NCBI RefSeq assembly: GCF_003214255.1
Contig: NZ_CP029011.1
Location: 240,001-272,000 of the forward strand
Direction of reading: 5' to 3'
DNA length: 32,000 nt
DNA from: Candidatus Karelsulcia muelleri
GTDB taxonomy: Bacteria; Bacteroidota; Bacteroidia; Flavobacteriales; Blattabacteriaceae
Part shown: positions 18,016-30,051 of the stretch, piece after piece
Layout of the letters: each line of letters starts with the position of its first letter
Position numbering within the stretch: position 1 is the first letter of the stretch
Translations under genes and position numbers: made by a program
Notes under the pieces: generated by a model
Told to the model about the DNA's origin: nothing
What the model saw: only the letters and a program-made list of their open reading frames with translations
Database searches by the model: none

Positions 18016-19515
18016 TTAAATTTGTCTCATTTGAGGAAAAAATAATACTTCTTGTATACATTTGTTATTTGTTAATAACATTATTAATCTATCTATTCCA
18101 ATTCCTATTCCTGCACACGGAGGCATTCCAAATTCTAAAGAACGAATAAACTCCCAATCTATTAACATGGCTTCATTATCTCCTTTTTCAAAAAGTTTAA
18201 TTTGTTCTCTAAATCTTTTTAATTGATCAATAGGATCATTTAATTCAGAATAGGAATTCGCAATTTCATTTCCATTAATTATTAATTCAAACCTTTCAGT
18301 TAATCCTTTTTTCCTTCTATGTTTCTTAGTTAAAGGACTCATTTCTATTGGAAAATCCATAATAAAGGTAGGATTTCTATATTTTTTTTCACATTTTTCA
18401 CTAAAAATTTGCTCAATCAATTTGGCTTTTCCCATGTTTTTATCAATTTTTAGCTGTAATTTTTTACATATATTTCTAATATTTTTTTCATTCAATCCAG
18501 ATAAATCAAACCCAGTATTTTCTTTAATTGAATCTAATATTGTAATTTTTTTAAATGGGGTTTTAAAACTAATAAGTTTATTATTAATTTTTAATAATTT
18601 TTTATTATATAATTTTATACATAAATATTCTAATAATTTTTCTATAAAATTCATCATCCAAAAATAATCTTTATAAGATACATATAATTCTAATATAGTA
18701 AATTCTGGATTATGGTTTTTATCTATACCTTCATTTCTAAAATTTCTAGAAAATTCATAAACAGATTCTAAGCCTCCTACAATTAATTTTTTTAAAAATA
18801 ATTCATTTGAAATCCGTAAATAGAATTGAATATTTAATGCATTCTGGTGAGTTATAAATGGACGAGCAATAGCTCCCCCTGGAATTGATTGAAGAACAGG
18901 AGTTTCAACCTCTAAATATCCTTTATTATTTAAATAATTTCTAATATATTGAACTATTTTAGTACGCTTTATAAAAAGCTTTTTAGTTTTATCATTAACT
19001 ATTAAATCTAAATATCTCATTCTATAACGTTGTTCAGACTCTTCAAAAGAATCATGAACTTTTCCAGTTTCATCTTTTTTTACATTTGGTAAAACACGTA
19101 AACATTTAGATAGTAATTTTATATCTACAGCATGTACAGTGATCTTATTGCTTTTAGTTTTAAATAAAAAACCTTTTATTCCTATAATATCTCCAATATC
19201 TAAAAGTTTTTTTAAAAAAAAATCATATTTGGTTTTAAATTCAGAAATACTATCTCTTTTCAGATAAATCTGAATTAATCCATGATTATCTTTTATCTCT
19301 AGAAATGAGGCCTTGCCCATTTTTCTCATTCTAATAATACGTCCAGAAATAATAACATTTTTTCCATATTCATAATATTTAATCACATCTTTTGATGTGG
19401 CATTTACATTATATTCTTCAGAAGGATAAGGATTTATTCCAATTTTTCTAATTACATCAAGTTTGTTTCTACGTATTATTTCTTGATCTGAAAATTTTAA
19501 AAAATTTTTATTCAT
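18016..19515 (-). CDS. lysS: Lysine--tRNA ligase, class II
   Basis: The OB-fold N-terminal part GRI.R.R.MGKASF.EI.D..G.IQIY. The class II motifs RNEG.D..HNPEFT.LE.Y and GMPP.AG.GIGIDRL.MLLT. Confidence 0.93.
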   Translation of the reverse strand: MNKNFLKFSDQEIIRRNKLDVIRKIGINPYPSEEYNVNATSKDVIKYYEYGKNVIISGRIIRMRKMGKASFLEIKDNHGLIQIYLKRDSISEFKTKYDFFLKKLLDIGDIIGIKGFLFKTKSNKITVHAVDIKLLSKCLRVLPNVKKDETGKVHDSFEESEQRYRMRYLDLIVNDKTKKLFIKRTKIVQYIRNYLNNKGYLEVETPVLQSIPGGAIARPFITHQNALNIQFYLRISNELFLKKLIVGGLESVYEFSRNFRNEGIDKNHNPEFTILELYVSYKDYFWMMNFIEKLLEYLCIKLYNKKLLKINNKLISFKTPFKKITILDSIKENTGFDLSGLNEKNIRNICKKLQLKIDKNMGKAKLIEQIFSEKCEKKYRNPTFIMDFPIEMSPLTKKHRRKKGLTERFELIINGNEIANSYSELNDPIDQLKRFREQIKLFEKGDNEAMLIDWEFIRSLEFGMPPCAGIGIGIDRLIMLLTNNKCIQEVLFFPQMRQI

Positions 19516-19551
19516 GAAATGAATTACATTATTTCTAAAAACTTAAATAAG

Positions 19552-19625
19552 TGACCTCGAAGGGAGTTGAACCCCCAACCTTCTGATCCGTAGTCAGATG
19601 CTCTATCCAATTAAGCTACAAGGCC
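19552..19625 (-). tRNA. tRNA-Arg (anticodon ACG), 74 nt, no encoded CCA
   Basis: Reverse complement is GGCCUUG UA GCUU AAUUGGAUA GAGC A UCUGA CUACGGA UCAGA AGGUU GGGGG UUCAACU CCCUU CGAGGUC A. All four stems pair (a few G-U pairs). The anticodon loop is CU-ACG-GA. It is a GC-rich island. Confidence 0.9.
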
Positions 19626-19657
19626 TTAAATAAGAAAATAAATATATAATAAAAAAA

Positions 19658-20659
19658 ATGAAAAAAATTAGTAATGATATATATTTAAAATGGTTTAAAG
19701 ATATGTCATTTTGGAGAAAATTTGAAGATAAATGTAGATCTTTATACTTAAAACAAAAAATAAGAGGATTTTTACATTTATATAATGGACAAGAAGCTAT
19801 TCCTGCAGGTCTTGTTCAGGCTATGGATTTAAAGAAAGATAAAATGATTACTGCTTATAGATGTCATATTTTGCCAATAGCTATGGGGGTAAATCCTAAA
19901 AAAATTATGGCTGAATTATTTGGAAAAAATACTGGAACATCTTGTGGAATGGGGGGGTCGATGCATATTTTTAGTAAAAAATATCGGTTTTATGGAGGTC
20001 ATGGCATTGTAGGCGGACAAATTCCTATAGGTGCAGGAATTGCATTTGCAGATAAATATTTTTTTCGTGATGCCGTAACATTAACTCTTATGGGTGATGG
20101 AGCGGTGAATCAAGGTTCACTTCACGAAACTTTTAACATGGCAATGATTTGGAAATTACCTGTTGTTTTTATATGCGAAAATAATAAATATGCAATGGGC
20201 ACTTCTGTAAAAAGAAGTTCTAATATTGAAGAAATATATAAAATTGGATTAGCATATAAAATGCCATCTTTTTGTGTAGATGGAATGGATCCTATAAAAA
20301 TATATGAACATGCTTCTAATGCAATAGAAAAAGCTAGAAAGGGAAAAGGACCTACCTTTTTAGATCTTCGCACTTATCGATATAGAGGACATTCTATGTC
20401 CGATTCAGAATCATATAGAAGTAAAAAAGAAATTAATGAATTTAAATCTAGAGATCCTATTCTTCTTATAAAGAAATATATTTTAGATAACAAATTAGTT
20501 TCAGAAAAAATTTTAAATGAATTTAAAGATGAAATTAATAAAAAAATTGAGGAATGTGTTAATTTTGCAGAAATGTCAAATTATCCAAATGAAGAAAAAC
20601 TATATAGTGTAGTTTATTATAAAAAAAATTCTACTTTTTTAGAAAAAAAAAATATATAA
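19658..20659 (+). CDS. pdhA: Pyruvate dehydrogenase E1 component, alpha subunit
   Basis: LYNGQEA...G, YR.H, GGSMH, and the TPP-binding GDGA.NQG...E..N.A..WKLPV.F.CENN.YAMGT. Confidence 0.88.
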   Translation: MKKISNDIYLKWFKDMSFWRKFEDKCRSLYLKQKIRGFLHLYNGQEAIPAGLVQAMDLKKDKMITAYRCHILPIAMGVNPKKIMAELFGKNTGTSCGMGGSMHIFSKKYRFYGGHGIVGGQIPIGAGIAFADKYFFRDAVTLTLMGDGAVNQGSLHETFNMAMIWKLPVVFICENNKYAMGTSVKRSSNIEEIYKIGLAYKMPSFCVDGMDPIKIYEHASNAIEKARKGKGPTFLDLRTYRYRGHSMSDSESYRSKKEINEFKSRDPILLIKKYILDNKLVSEKILNEFKDEINKKIEECVNFAEMSNYPNEEKLYSVVYYKKNSTFLEKKNI

Positions 20660-20662
20660 AAT

Positions 20663-21784
20663 ATGGCAGAAGTTATATTTATGCCTCGTTTAAGTGATAC
20701 TATGGAAGAAGGGACTGTTGTAAAATGGCATAAAAAGATAGGTGACAAAATTTTAGAAGGAGATATTTTAGCGGAAATAGAAACGGATAAAGCAATTCAG
20801 GAATTTGAAGCTGAATCTAATTCTACATTACTTTATATTGGCATTAAAGAAGGAGAAACTGCCCCAGTAAATAGTTTATTAGCTATTTTAGGGTCTGAAA
20901 ATGAAGATATTAGTTCTTTGTTAAAAGAAAACCAAACTATTATTAAAAAAAATAATAAAAAAATTTTTATTTCTCCTTTAGCTAAAAAAATTGCTTTTGA
21001 AAAAGGAATTTCATTAGAAAATATTAAAGGAAGTGGAAATAATGGACGTATTATAAAAAAAGATATAGAAAAATATAATAATCATTTATCAGATGATAAA
21101 ATAACTTTTAAGAAAGTAGACCATTCTAATATGAGAAAAATAATTAGCAAAAGATTAATTAATTCTCAAATGGAATCCCCTCATTATTCTTTATTTTTAG
21201 AAATAAAAATGGAGAATTTAATGAAATTAAGAGAATCTCTTAACGAAATGAATTATTTAAAAAAAATATCTTTTAATGATTTAATAGTTAAAGCTTCGGC
21301 TATAGCTATAAAAGCAAATCCAAAAATAAATTCTTCTTGGACAGAAAAAAGTATCTTATACCATAAGAATATTAATATAGGAATAGCAGTTGCATTAGAA
21401 GATGGATTAATTGTTCCTGTAATTTCTAATGTAGATGAGAAATCATTAAGAAAAATTTCTCTTGAAATAAAAGAGAAAGTAATAAAAGCTAAAGAAAAAA
21501 AACTTCAATCTAATGAATTAGAAGGTAGTACTTTTACTGTTTCAAATCTTGGAATGTTTGGGATAGATTCATTTACATCTATTATTAATCAACCTAATTC
21601 TTGTATTCTTTCTGTAGGAAGGATAAAGAAAAAACCTATTATAAATAATGATAAAATTGTAATAGGTCATACTACTAAATTTACATTAACATGTGATCAT
21701 CGAATGATAGATGGTGCAGTAGGAAGTGATTATTTAAAATGTTTAAAACATTTGTTACAAGAACCATTAAAGATTTTACTTTAA
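20663..21784 (+). CDS. Dihydrolipoamide acetyltransferase (2-oxoacid dehydrogenase E2), compact form
   Basis: Lipoyl domain MP.LSDTMEEGT...W.KK.GD....GD.LAEIETDKA, peripheral-subunit-binding ISPLAKKIA.EKGI.L....GSG..GRI.K.D.E, and catalytic SNLGMFG...F..IIN.P...IL..G and DHRMIDGA. Confidence 0.88.
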   Translation: MAEVIFMPRLSDTMEEGTVVKWHKKIGDKILEGDILAEIETDKAIQEFEAESNSTLLYIGIKEGETAPVNSLLAILGSENEDISSLLKENQTIIKKNNKKIFISPLAKKIAFEKGISLENIKGSGNNGRIIKKDIEKYNNHLSDDKITFKKVDHSNMRKIISKRLINSQMESPHYSLFLEIKMENLMKLRESLNEMNYLKKISFNDLIVKASAIAIKANPKINSSWTEKSILYHKNINIGIAVALEDGLIVPVISNVDEKSLRKISLEIKEKVIKAKEKKLQSNELEGSTFTVSNLGMFGIDSFTSIINQPNSCILSVGRIKKKPIINNDKIVIGHTTKFTLTCDHRMIDGAVGSDYLKCLKHLLQEPLKILL

Positions 21785-22492
21785 ATATAATATTGGAATG
21801 ATTAAAATCATAAGATTAGTTAAAGTAAATGAAATTTTCAAGCTTTTACTTTGTAAAAAAAGTGTAAAATTATCATCTTGATATATTTTTTCATATAAAG
21901 AAATAATTAATTTTAATCCTAATAAAATTATTATAAAAAATGCAGAATCTTCTAAAGAAGAATATTTTTCTGTTAATTTTAATAATTTGACTGTACTAAT
22001 TCTTAGTAAAAAAAGACTTATAAAAACTCCTAAAAAAATTAATACTGGATTATTTGAATATGATATTCCTGCCAAAATGTTATCTATTGAAAAGAGAAAA
22101 TCAATTAATTCTACATAAAGAATAGTTACCCAAATTTTAGAAAAAAAATTAATTTTAAATAAATTCTTTTCTTCTTTTTGGGTTTTTAAAAAATGATTAA
22201 TTCCTAAATATATTAAATATAACCCTCCAATTAGTTTTAACCACCACATATTAATTATTACAGCAGCAAAAATTAAAGATATTATTCTAAAGAAATATGC
22301 TCCGAAAATCCCATAGTTTAATGCTTTTTTTCTATCTTTTTTGTTAATGTTTTTAACCAAAGTAGTTAAAATGGTAGCATTATCTATAGAGAGAAGAGCT
22401 TCTATTAAGACTATATTAATAAGAATAGATATAGAATGGAGAGGATGGTCTACAATTTCTTTAAAAAATTGAGAATAATTAGTTTTCATCAC
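21776..22492 (-). CDS. TerC/Alx-family integral membrane protein
   Basis: Multi-pass hydrophobic protein with the duplicated family motif (EALLSIDNATIL and DFLFSIDNILA) and KAL.YGI.GAY.FR. The 3' end overlaps the E2 gene by 9 nt (convergent). Confidence 0.65.
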   Translation of the reverse strand: MMKTNYSQFFKEIVDHPLHSISILINIVLIEALLSIDNATILTTLVKNINKKDRKKALNYGIFGAYFFRIISLIFAAVIINMWWLKLIGGLYLIYLGINHFLKTQKEEKNLFKINFFSKIWVTILYVELIDFLFSIDNILAGISYSNNPVLIFLGVFISLFLLRISTVKLLKLTEKYSSLEDSAFFIIILLGLKLIISLYEKIYQDDNFTLFLQSKSLKISFTLTNLMILIIPILYLK

Positions 22493-22544
22493 TTTTTTAC
22501 TATTTAGAAATAAATTTTATTATTTTTAATATAAAATCAAATAA

Positions 22545-24010
<1,466 letters not shown>

Positions 24011-24014
24011 TTTA

Positions 24015-24983
24015 ATGTTTTTAACATTTAAAAAAAAAATTATCACCGATATAAATAATAAAAAATTTAAAAATATTTATTTTTTTATGGGAGAAGAAAG
24101 ATTTTTAATAGAAAATTTAACGAATTCAATTGAATTGTTTTTAAAAAAAAAAGAAAAAATAAAAAAAAAAATATTATATGGATATGATTTAGATTTAAAA
24201 AAACTTTTTTTTGTTACTAAACAAATTTATATAAATTTTTCAAATGAATATAATTTAATAATTGTAAAAGAGGCACAATTTTTGTCAGAAAAAATTGAAA
24301 ATATATATTATATATTAAAAAATCATTATAAAAAAACTATATTAATTATTTGTTATAATAATAAAGTTCTTGAGAAAAGAAAAAAATTATATAAATATAT
24401 TAAAAAAAATGGAATAATTTTTAATTGTGTCAAATTAAAAACGAATGAAATTTTGAATTTTTTTAAAAATGAAATTGAAGAAAAAGGATATATTATTACT
24501 CATAATGCTATTAAACTTTTAATAAAGTTTTTAGGAGAAAATTTATATTCGATAAATAATGAAATAAATAAATTATTTATTTTAATGGAAAAAAATCAAA
24601 TTATAGATGAAAAGATTATTAAAAAATATGTAATTAAAACTACTTTTAAAGTAGAATCATATATAATTGAAAAAAATTTTATAAAAGCTTATAAAGCTAT
24701 TTTAAATTTAAATTGTCCAATTAGTTTTATTTTAAAAAATATTTATAATTTATTTTTAAAAATAATTAAATTTCATTGTTTAATTTTCACAAATGTGAAA
24801 TTTCAAAATTTTGAAAATAAAATTTTGAATTTTACTACTTTAAAAAAGTATCCATTAAATAATATATATAATATTATTTCTTCTATAAGAGAAGCAGATA
24901 TTAAAATAAAAAATATTTATATTAATTCAATTAATAAGGAATCTATTTTAGAAGAACTTTTCTATAAAATATTTTATAATTAA
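24015..24983 (+). CDS. holA: DNA polymerase III subunit delta
   Basis: The N-terminus (KKIITDINNKKFKNIYFFMGEERFLIE) and LIIVKEAQFL fit the HolA pattern (I....K..pvYll.GEE.y.id; vi.vKEAQ.l). Size is about 320 aa. The rest is highly diverged. Confidence 0.65.
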   Translation: MFLTFKKKIITDINNKKFKNIYFFMGEERFLIENLTNSIELFLKKKEKIKKKILYGYDLDLKKLFFVTKQIYINFSNEYNLIIVKEAQFLSEKIENIYYILKNHYKKTILIICYNNKVLEKRKKLYKYIKKNGIIFNCVKLKTNEILNFFKNEIEEKGYIITHNAIKLLIKFLGENLYSINNEINKLFILMEKNQIIDEKIIKKYVIKTTFKVESYIIEKNFIKAYKAILNLNCPISFILKNIYNLFLKIIKFHCLIFTNVKFQNFENKILNFTTLKKYPLNNIYNIISSIREADIKIKNIYINSINKESILEELFYKIFYN

Positions 24984-24987
24984 AAAT

Positions 24988-25929
24988 ATGAAAAAAATTT
25001 TTGATTGTATAATTATAGGATCCGGTCCTGCTGGATATACTGCAGCAATTTATATTGCTCGTGCAGATTTAAATCATATTTTATATACAGGCCCAATTCC
25101 AGGAGGACAACTTATAAAAACTAATGAAATAGAAAATTATCCTGGATTTCCAAAAGGAGTAAAAGGTTATTTGTTAATGGAGAATTTTAAAAAACAAGCT
25201 GAAAAATTTGGTACAAAAATTTATTTTAATAATGTAATTGATATTAATTTTAAATTAAATAATATTCATGAAATTTTATTAGATAATAATAAAAAAATAC
25301 AAACTAAAACTATAATTATAGCAACAGGAGCATATCCAAAATATCTAAATATAGATAATGAAAAAGCCTTGATAGGACATGGAATATCTACATGTGCCAC
25401 ATGTGATGGTTTTTTTTTTAAAAAAAAAGATGTTGCTGTAATTGGCGGAGGAGATAAAGCTCTTGAAGAAGCAATTTTTTTATCAAAATTATGTAATAGA
25501 ATATATATTATAATTAGAAAATCTAAAATGAGAGCTTCTAAAATTATGCAAAAAAAAATTTATAATATTAATAATATTAAATTATTATTTAATTTTGAAA
25601 TTAAAAAAATAATAGGAAAAAAAAAATTAGAATATTTAATTTGTAAAAAGAATTATTCTAATGAAGAAAAAAAAATAAATGTAAAAGCTATGTTTCTTGC
25701 TATAGGCAATAGTCCTAATACTAATATTTTTAAAAATAAAATTTCTTTAGATAAAAATGGTTATATTTTAACAAAAAAAAATTCTACTAAAACAAATATA
25801 CCGGGAGTTTTTGCTGCAGGAGATGTTAAAGATAAAATTTATAGACAAGCAATTACATCAGCTGGAACAGGTTGTATGGCTGCAATAGAGGTTGAAAAAT
25901 ATTTATCTTCTTTAGATTTAGAGGAATGA
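24988..25929 (+). CDS. trxB: Thioredoxin-disulfide reductase
   Basis: FAD site IIGSGPAGYTAAIY, redox centre CATCDGFFF, NADPH site VIGGGD.ALEEA.FL, GVFAAGDV.D..YRQAIT.AG.GCMAA. Confidence 0.93.
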   Translation: MKKIFDCIIIGSGPAGYTAAIYIARADLNHILYTGPIPGGQLIKTNEIENYPGFPKGVKGYLLMENFKKQAEKFGTKIYFNNVIDINFKLNNIHEILLDNNKKIQTKTIIIATGAYPKYLNIDNEKALIGHGISTCATCDGFFFKKKDVAVIGGGDKALEEAIFLSKLCNRIYIIIRKSKMRASKIMQKKIYNINNIKLLFNFEIKKIIGKKKLEYLICKKNYSNEEKKINVKAMFLAIGNSPNTNIFKNKISLDKNGYILTKKNSTKTNIPGVFAAGDVKDKIYRQAITSAGTGCMAAIEVEKYLSSLDLEE

Positions 25930-26672
25930 AAAAAAATACCATTATGATTTATGGAATAAACACTTTATATGAAGCAATAAAATCTAAAATAAAAATATAT
26001 AAAATTTATTTAAATAAGAAAAATAATAAAAATAATAAAATTAAAAAAATAATAAAATATTCTAAAAAAAATAATATTTCATTAAATGAAATAATAAATT
26101 TTAAAAAAATTGAAAAAAAAAATCATCAAGGAGTATTTGCAATTATCGATCATATTCAATTGTTGAAAATTGAAAATATCATTCCAATGATTTATAATTC
26201 TGGTAAAATTCCATTATTAATAATTTTAGATAGTATTACAGATGTAAGAAATTTTGGGTCTATTGTTAGAACTTCAGCTTGTACTGGGGTGGATGCTATT
26301 ATCATGGCTACTAAAAATAGTGTCACTATAAATAGTGATTCTATCAAAACCTCCTCAGGAGGAATTTTTAAAATTCCAATTTGTAAAGAAAAAAATATAA
26401 TAAAAATTATAAGATATTTAAAATCTTTTGGAATACAAGTTATAGCTGTAACTGAAAAAACAGATAATATTTGCTATAAATTTAATTATAAAAATCCTAC
26501 AGCTTTTATCTTAGGAAGTGAACAAAAGGGAATTTCAAAAAAATATTTATCATTATGTAATAATACAGTTAAATTACCTTTAATAAAAAATTCTTTAACA
26601 TCATTAAATGTTTCAGTTGCTTGTGGAGCTATTTTATATGAAACTATAAGACAAAGACTAATTGAAAGTTAA
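25926..26672 (+). CDS. rlmB: 23S rRNA 2'-O-ribose methyltransferase, SpoU/TrmH family (RlmB-like)
   Basis: IYGIN.L.EA at the N-terminus, HQGV.A, LD.ITD.RNFGSI.RT....GVDA, F.LGSE.KGIS, and the knot region LP......SLNVSVA.G..LYE. ATGA overlap with trxB. Confidence 0.8.
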   Translation: MKKNTIMIYGINTLYEAIKSKIKIYKIYLNKKNNKNNKIKKIIKYSKKNNISLNEIINFKKIEKKNHQGVFAIIDHIQLLKIENIIPMIYNSGKIPLLIILDSITDVRNFGSIVRTSACTGVDAIIMATKNSVTINSDSIKTSSGGIFKIPICKEKNIIKIIRYLKSFGIQVIAVTEKTDNICYKFNYKNPTAFILGSEQKGISKKYLSLCNNTVKLPLIKNSLTSLNVSVACGAILYETIRQRLIES

Positions 26673-27664
26673 AATTCTTGTTTAAATTGTTTCAAAAATC
26701 TTAAATCATTTTCAAAAAAATCTCTAATATCATTTAAATTATAAATCATTAATGTAATCCGTTCTATTCCAATTCCAAAAGCAAATCCTGAATAAATCTC
26801 AGAATTTATATTTATATTATTTAATACAATAGGATCTATCATACCACATCCAAGAATTTCAAGCCATTTATTATTCCATAATATATCTAATTCTGCACTG
26901 GGTTCTGTAAATGGAAAATAAGATGGTCGAAATCTAGTAATTGATTTTCCAAAAAAATTTTGAATAAAAAAATTTATAGTATTTTTTAAATCTTTAAATG
27001 AAACTTTTTTATCTAAATAAAATCCTTCTATTTGATGAAATAGATAATGAGAATTTGAAGAAATCTTTTCATTTCTATAAACCCTTCCTGGAGAAATCAC
27101 TCTTATTGGAGGGGGATTTTTTTCCATATATCTTATCTGGACTGAAGAAGTGTGTGTTCGTAACAATTTATTACTTTTTTTTAAAAAAAAAGTATCTTGC
27201 ATTTCCCTAGCAGGGTGATTATATGGAAAATTTAATGCTGTAAAATTATACCAGTCATTTTCTATCTCAGGACCTTCACAAATTTGAAATCCTATTTTAT
27301 TGAAAATATTTATTATACGATTTTCTATGATAGAAATTGGATGTCTAGATCCTAGATCTTTTTTATTTCCAGGTTTTGTAAAATCGGTAAAATAATCTTT
27401 TTTTTTAATTTTTTTTTTCTTTTTTAAAAAAATTTGTTTATATTTCTTTATATAAATTTCAATATCTTTTTTTAAAGAATTAAGATAAAATCCTATTTTT
27501 TTTTTTTCTAATTCAGAATTTTCAATAAATTTTATTTCTTTAAAAAAAAAATTTAAAATTCCTTTTTTTCCTAAATATTTTTTTTTTAAAATTTCTAACT
27601 CGGAAAGAGAATTTATTTTTAATAAAAAAAAATCTTTTTTTATTTTTTTTATTTTATTTAACAT
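26669..27664 (-). CDS. pheS: Phenylalanine--tRNA ligase alpha subunit
   Basis: HP.......I..IF...[51 protein letters not shown]. Confidence 0.93.
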   Translation of the reverse strand: MLNKIKKIKKDFFLLKINSLSELEILKKKYLGKKGILNFFFKEIKFIENSELEKKKIGFYLNSLKKDIEIYIKKYKQIFLKKKKKIKKKDYFTDFTKPGNKKDLGSRHPISIIENRIINIFNKIGFQICEGPEIENDWYNFTALNFPYNHPAREMQDTFFLKKSNKLLRTHTSSVQIRYMEKNPPPIRVISPGRVYRNEKISSNSHYLFHQIEGFYLDKKVSFKDLKNTINFFIQNFFGKSITRFRPSYFPFTEPSAELDILWNNKWLEILGCGMIDPIVLNNININSEIYSGFAFGIGIERITLMIYNLNDIRDFFENDLRFLKQFKQEF

Positions 27665-27675
27665 TTATATAAAAT

Positions 27676-28935
27676 TTATATAAGTATATCAAATAAATCT
27701 GGATTATCATTAATATATTGATAATGTATATTATATTTCTTCATTTTTTTTATCATTCCGGAAAAATCTTTTTTATCTGATAATTCTATTCCTATGACAG
27801 CTGGTCCTTCTTCTTTAGAAGTTTTTTTAGAATATTGAAAATATGTTATCTCATCATTAGTCCCTAAAATAGTACTTACAAATTCTTTAAGTGCTCCAGC
27901 TCGTTGAGGAAATCTAACTAAAAAATAGTGTTTTAATCCTTTATAGATCAAAGATCTTTTTCTAATTTCTTCTGTTCTAATTATATCATTATTTCCTCCA
28001 CTTAAAATACAAACTACATTTTTCTTTCTTATTTTTTCAGAATAAATCTCTAATGCTGAAATAGCTAAAGCTCCAGCAGGTTCTGCAACGATTGCTTCTA
28101 AATTATATAAATCAAGTATTGTAGTACAAACTTTACCTTCATGTAAAGGTTTTATATCAAACAAAACTTTTTTACAAATATTAAAATTTAATAAGCCTAC
28201 TTTTTTTACAGAAGCCCCATCTATAAATCTATCTATATTTTTTAATTCAATTACTTTATTTTTTAAAAATGAAAAACTCATAGAAGGCGCCCCTAAAGGT
28301 TCTACACCTATTATTTTAGTATCTGGACTTATATGATAAAAATAACTTCCTACGCCTGAAGCTAACCCCCCACCACCAACAGGAATAAAAATATAATCTA
28401 TTTTTTCTTTCATTTGTTGAAAAATTTCTAATCCTACTGTTCCTTGTCCTTCTATAATTTTTTTATCATCAAATGGATGAATAAATTTTTTTTTTTTACA
28501 AGCTTTAAAAGCTTTTTCACTACATTCATCAAATGTATCTCCTGTTAAAATAATATTTATATATTTTTTTCCAAACATTTTTACTCTCTCTATTTTTTGT
28601 TTCGGAGTAGTGATTGGCATATATATTGTTCCATATATTTTTAATTTATTACATGAGTAGGCTACACCTTGTGCATGATTTCCTGCACTAGCACAAACAA
28701 GACCTTCTTTCAGATCCTTTTTTGAGAAACTTTTAATTTTATTGTAGGCTCCTCTTATTTTATAAGATCTAACTATTTGTAAATCTTCTCTTTTTAAAAA
28801 AATATTAGAATTATATTTTTCTGATAAAATTGTATTTTTTTGTAAAGGAGTATTAGATATAATATCTTTTAAAAGATATTTGGCTTCTATTATATCTTTT
28901 ACTGAAGGAAAATATTTGTTAATTAATGAATTCAC
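27676..28935 (-). CDS. ilvA: Threonine ammonia-lyase (biosynthetic threonine dehydratase, single regulatory domain form)
   Basis: PLP-lysine motif L.REDLQ.VRSYKIRGAYNK, ASAGNHAQGVA, the glycine loop PVGGGGL.SG, and a C-terminal ACT-like region. Confidence 0.9.
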   Translation of the reverse strand: MNSLINKYFPSVKDIIEAKYLLKDIISNTPLQKNTILSEKYNSNIFLKREDLQIVRSYKIRGAYNKIKSFSKKDLKEGLVCASAGNHAQGVAYSCNKLKIYGTIYMPITTPKQKIERVKMFGKKYINIILTGDTFDECSEKAFKACKKKKFIHPFDDKKIIEGQGTVGLEIFQQMKEKIDYIFIPVGGGGLASGVGSYFYHISPDTKIIGVEPLGAPSMSFSFLKNKVIELKNIDRFIDGASVKKVGLLNFNICKKVLFDIKPLHEGKVCTTILDLYNLEAIVAEPAGALAISALEIYSEKIRKKNVVCILSGGNNDIIRTEEIRKRSLIYKGLKHYFLVRFPQRAGALKEFVSTILGTNDEITYFQYSKKTSKEEGPAVIGIELSDKKDFSGMIKKMKKYNIHYQYINDNPDLFDILI

Positions 28936-29010
28936 TAATCTAATTTAGATATCGGCTTTTATTAAATTAAGTAAAATAATCTGCCATTTGCCATTAATAA
29001 ATAATAATAA

Positions 29011-30045
29011 TTAAGGTCGTAATTTACGGACTATTTCACCTGTTTGCCATAATTCACTTTCTTTGATTTCTTTTAATTCTTTTTTAAGATTTTTTCTATA
29101 ATTTTTCTTACTATTTGATATAATTGTTTTATCTGCTTCTTTACCTGAAGAAACTTCTTTATAAAGATTTCTAAAAATTGGCAAATTTATATCTCTAAAT
29201 TTTTTCCACCAATCTAAAGCTCCTCTTTGGGCTGTTGTAGAACAATTCTCATACATCCAATCCATTCCTTTTTCTGCTATTAAAGGCATAAGACTTTGTG
29301 TTAATTCTTCTACTGTTTCATTAAATGCTTCTGATGGAGAATGTCCATTTTCTCTTAATACTTGATATTGAGCAGCAAAAATTCCTTGTATAGCTCCCAT
29401 TAAAGTTCCTCTTTCTCCTGTTAAATCAGAATAAACTTCTTTTTTAAACGTAGTTTCAAACAAATAAGCTGATCCTATTCCGATTCCTAGAGATAAAGCT
29501 CTTTCTTTTGCTTTTCCAGTATAATTTTGATATATTGCATAACTTGAATTAATCCCTTTTCCTTCTTTGAAAAGTCTTCTTAAACTAGTTCCTGAGCCTT
29601 TTGGAGCAACAAGAAAAATATCTATCTCCTTTGGAGGAGAAATATTTGTTTTTTTTTTAAAAGTTAATCCAAAACCATGTGAAAAATATAATCCTTTTCC
29701 TGCATAAAAATATTTTTTTATTTTTGGCCAAACTGCAATTTGGCCGGCATCAGATAATAAAATCATTATTATAGTTCCATTTTCTACTCCTTCTTCTAAA
29801 TTAAATAATGTTTTATTTTCTATCCAACCATCTTTTATGGCCTTTTTCCATGATTTGGAATTTTTTCTTTGCCCTACTATAACATTAAATCCATTATCAC
29901 GTAAATTAAGTGCTTGGCCAGGCCCTTGAACTCCATAACCTAAAACACAAATAGTTTCATTTAAAAGACATTTTCTAGCTTTTTCTAAAGAAAAATTTTT
30001 TCTTGTTATAATTTCTTCTTCTAAATTTCCAAATTTTAATTTCAT
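29011..30045 (-). CDS. ilvC: Ketol-acid reductoisomerase
   Basis: NADPH fold VLGYGVQGPGQALNLRDNG.NV, FSHGF, GSG...R..F.EG.G, GERG.L.G, and the C-terminal knotted domain. Confidence 0.92.
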   Translation of the reverse strand: MKLKFGNLEEEIITRKNFSLEKARKCLLNETICVLGYGVQGPGQALNLRDNGFNVIVGQRKNSKSWKKAIKDGWIENKTLFNLEEGVENGTIIMILLSDAGQIAVWPKIKKYFYAGKGLYFSHGFGLTFKKKTNISPPKEIDIFLVAPKGSGTSLRRLFKEGKGINSSYAIYQNYTGKAKERALSLGIGIGSAYLFETTFKKEVYSDLTGERGTLMGAIQGIFAAQYQVLRENGHSPSEAFNETVEELTQSLMPLIAEKGMDWMYENCSTTAQRGALDWWKKFRDINLPIFRNLYKEVSSGKEADKTIISNSKKNYRKNLKKELKEIKESELWQTGEIVRKLRP

Positions 30046-30051
30046 CTCTAT

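Noticed and set aside
18422-18667. 81-aa plus-strand ORF antisense to lysS
   Set aside because: It is a shadow ORF (F/I/L/N-rich) inside a strongly supported tRNA ligase gene.
20122-20373. 83-aa minus-strand ORF antisense to pdhA
   Set aside because: It lies over the conserved TPP-binding region of E1-alpha, so it is a shadow ORF.
19658-21784. Apparent absence of the pyruvate dehydrogenase E1-beta gene between E1-alpha and E2
   Set aside because: From memory, pdhB is encoded away from pdhA and E2 in many Bacteroidetes. Absence from this window says nothing about the genome, so it is not an anomaly I can support.
26998-27210. 70-aa plus-strand ORF antisense to pheS
   Set aside because: It is a shadow ORF inside pheS.
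28982-28995. Tandem TGCCATT x 2 in the ilvC-ilvA spacer, considered as a regulatory motif
   Set aside because: There are only two 7-bp copies and no associated hairpin or partner site. It is noted under the ilv finding but is too weak to call a feature.
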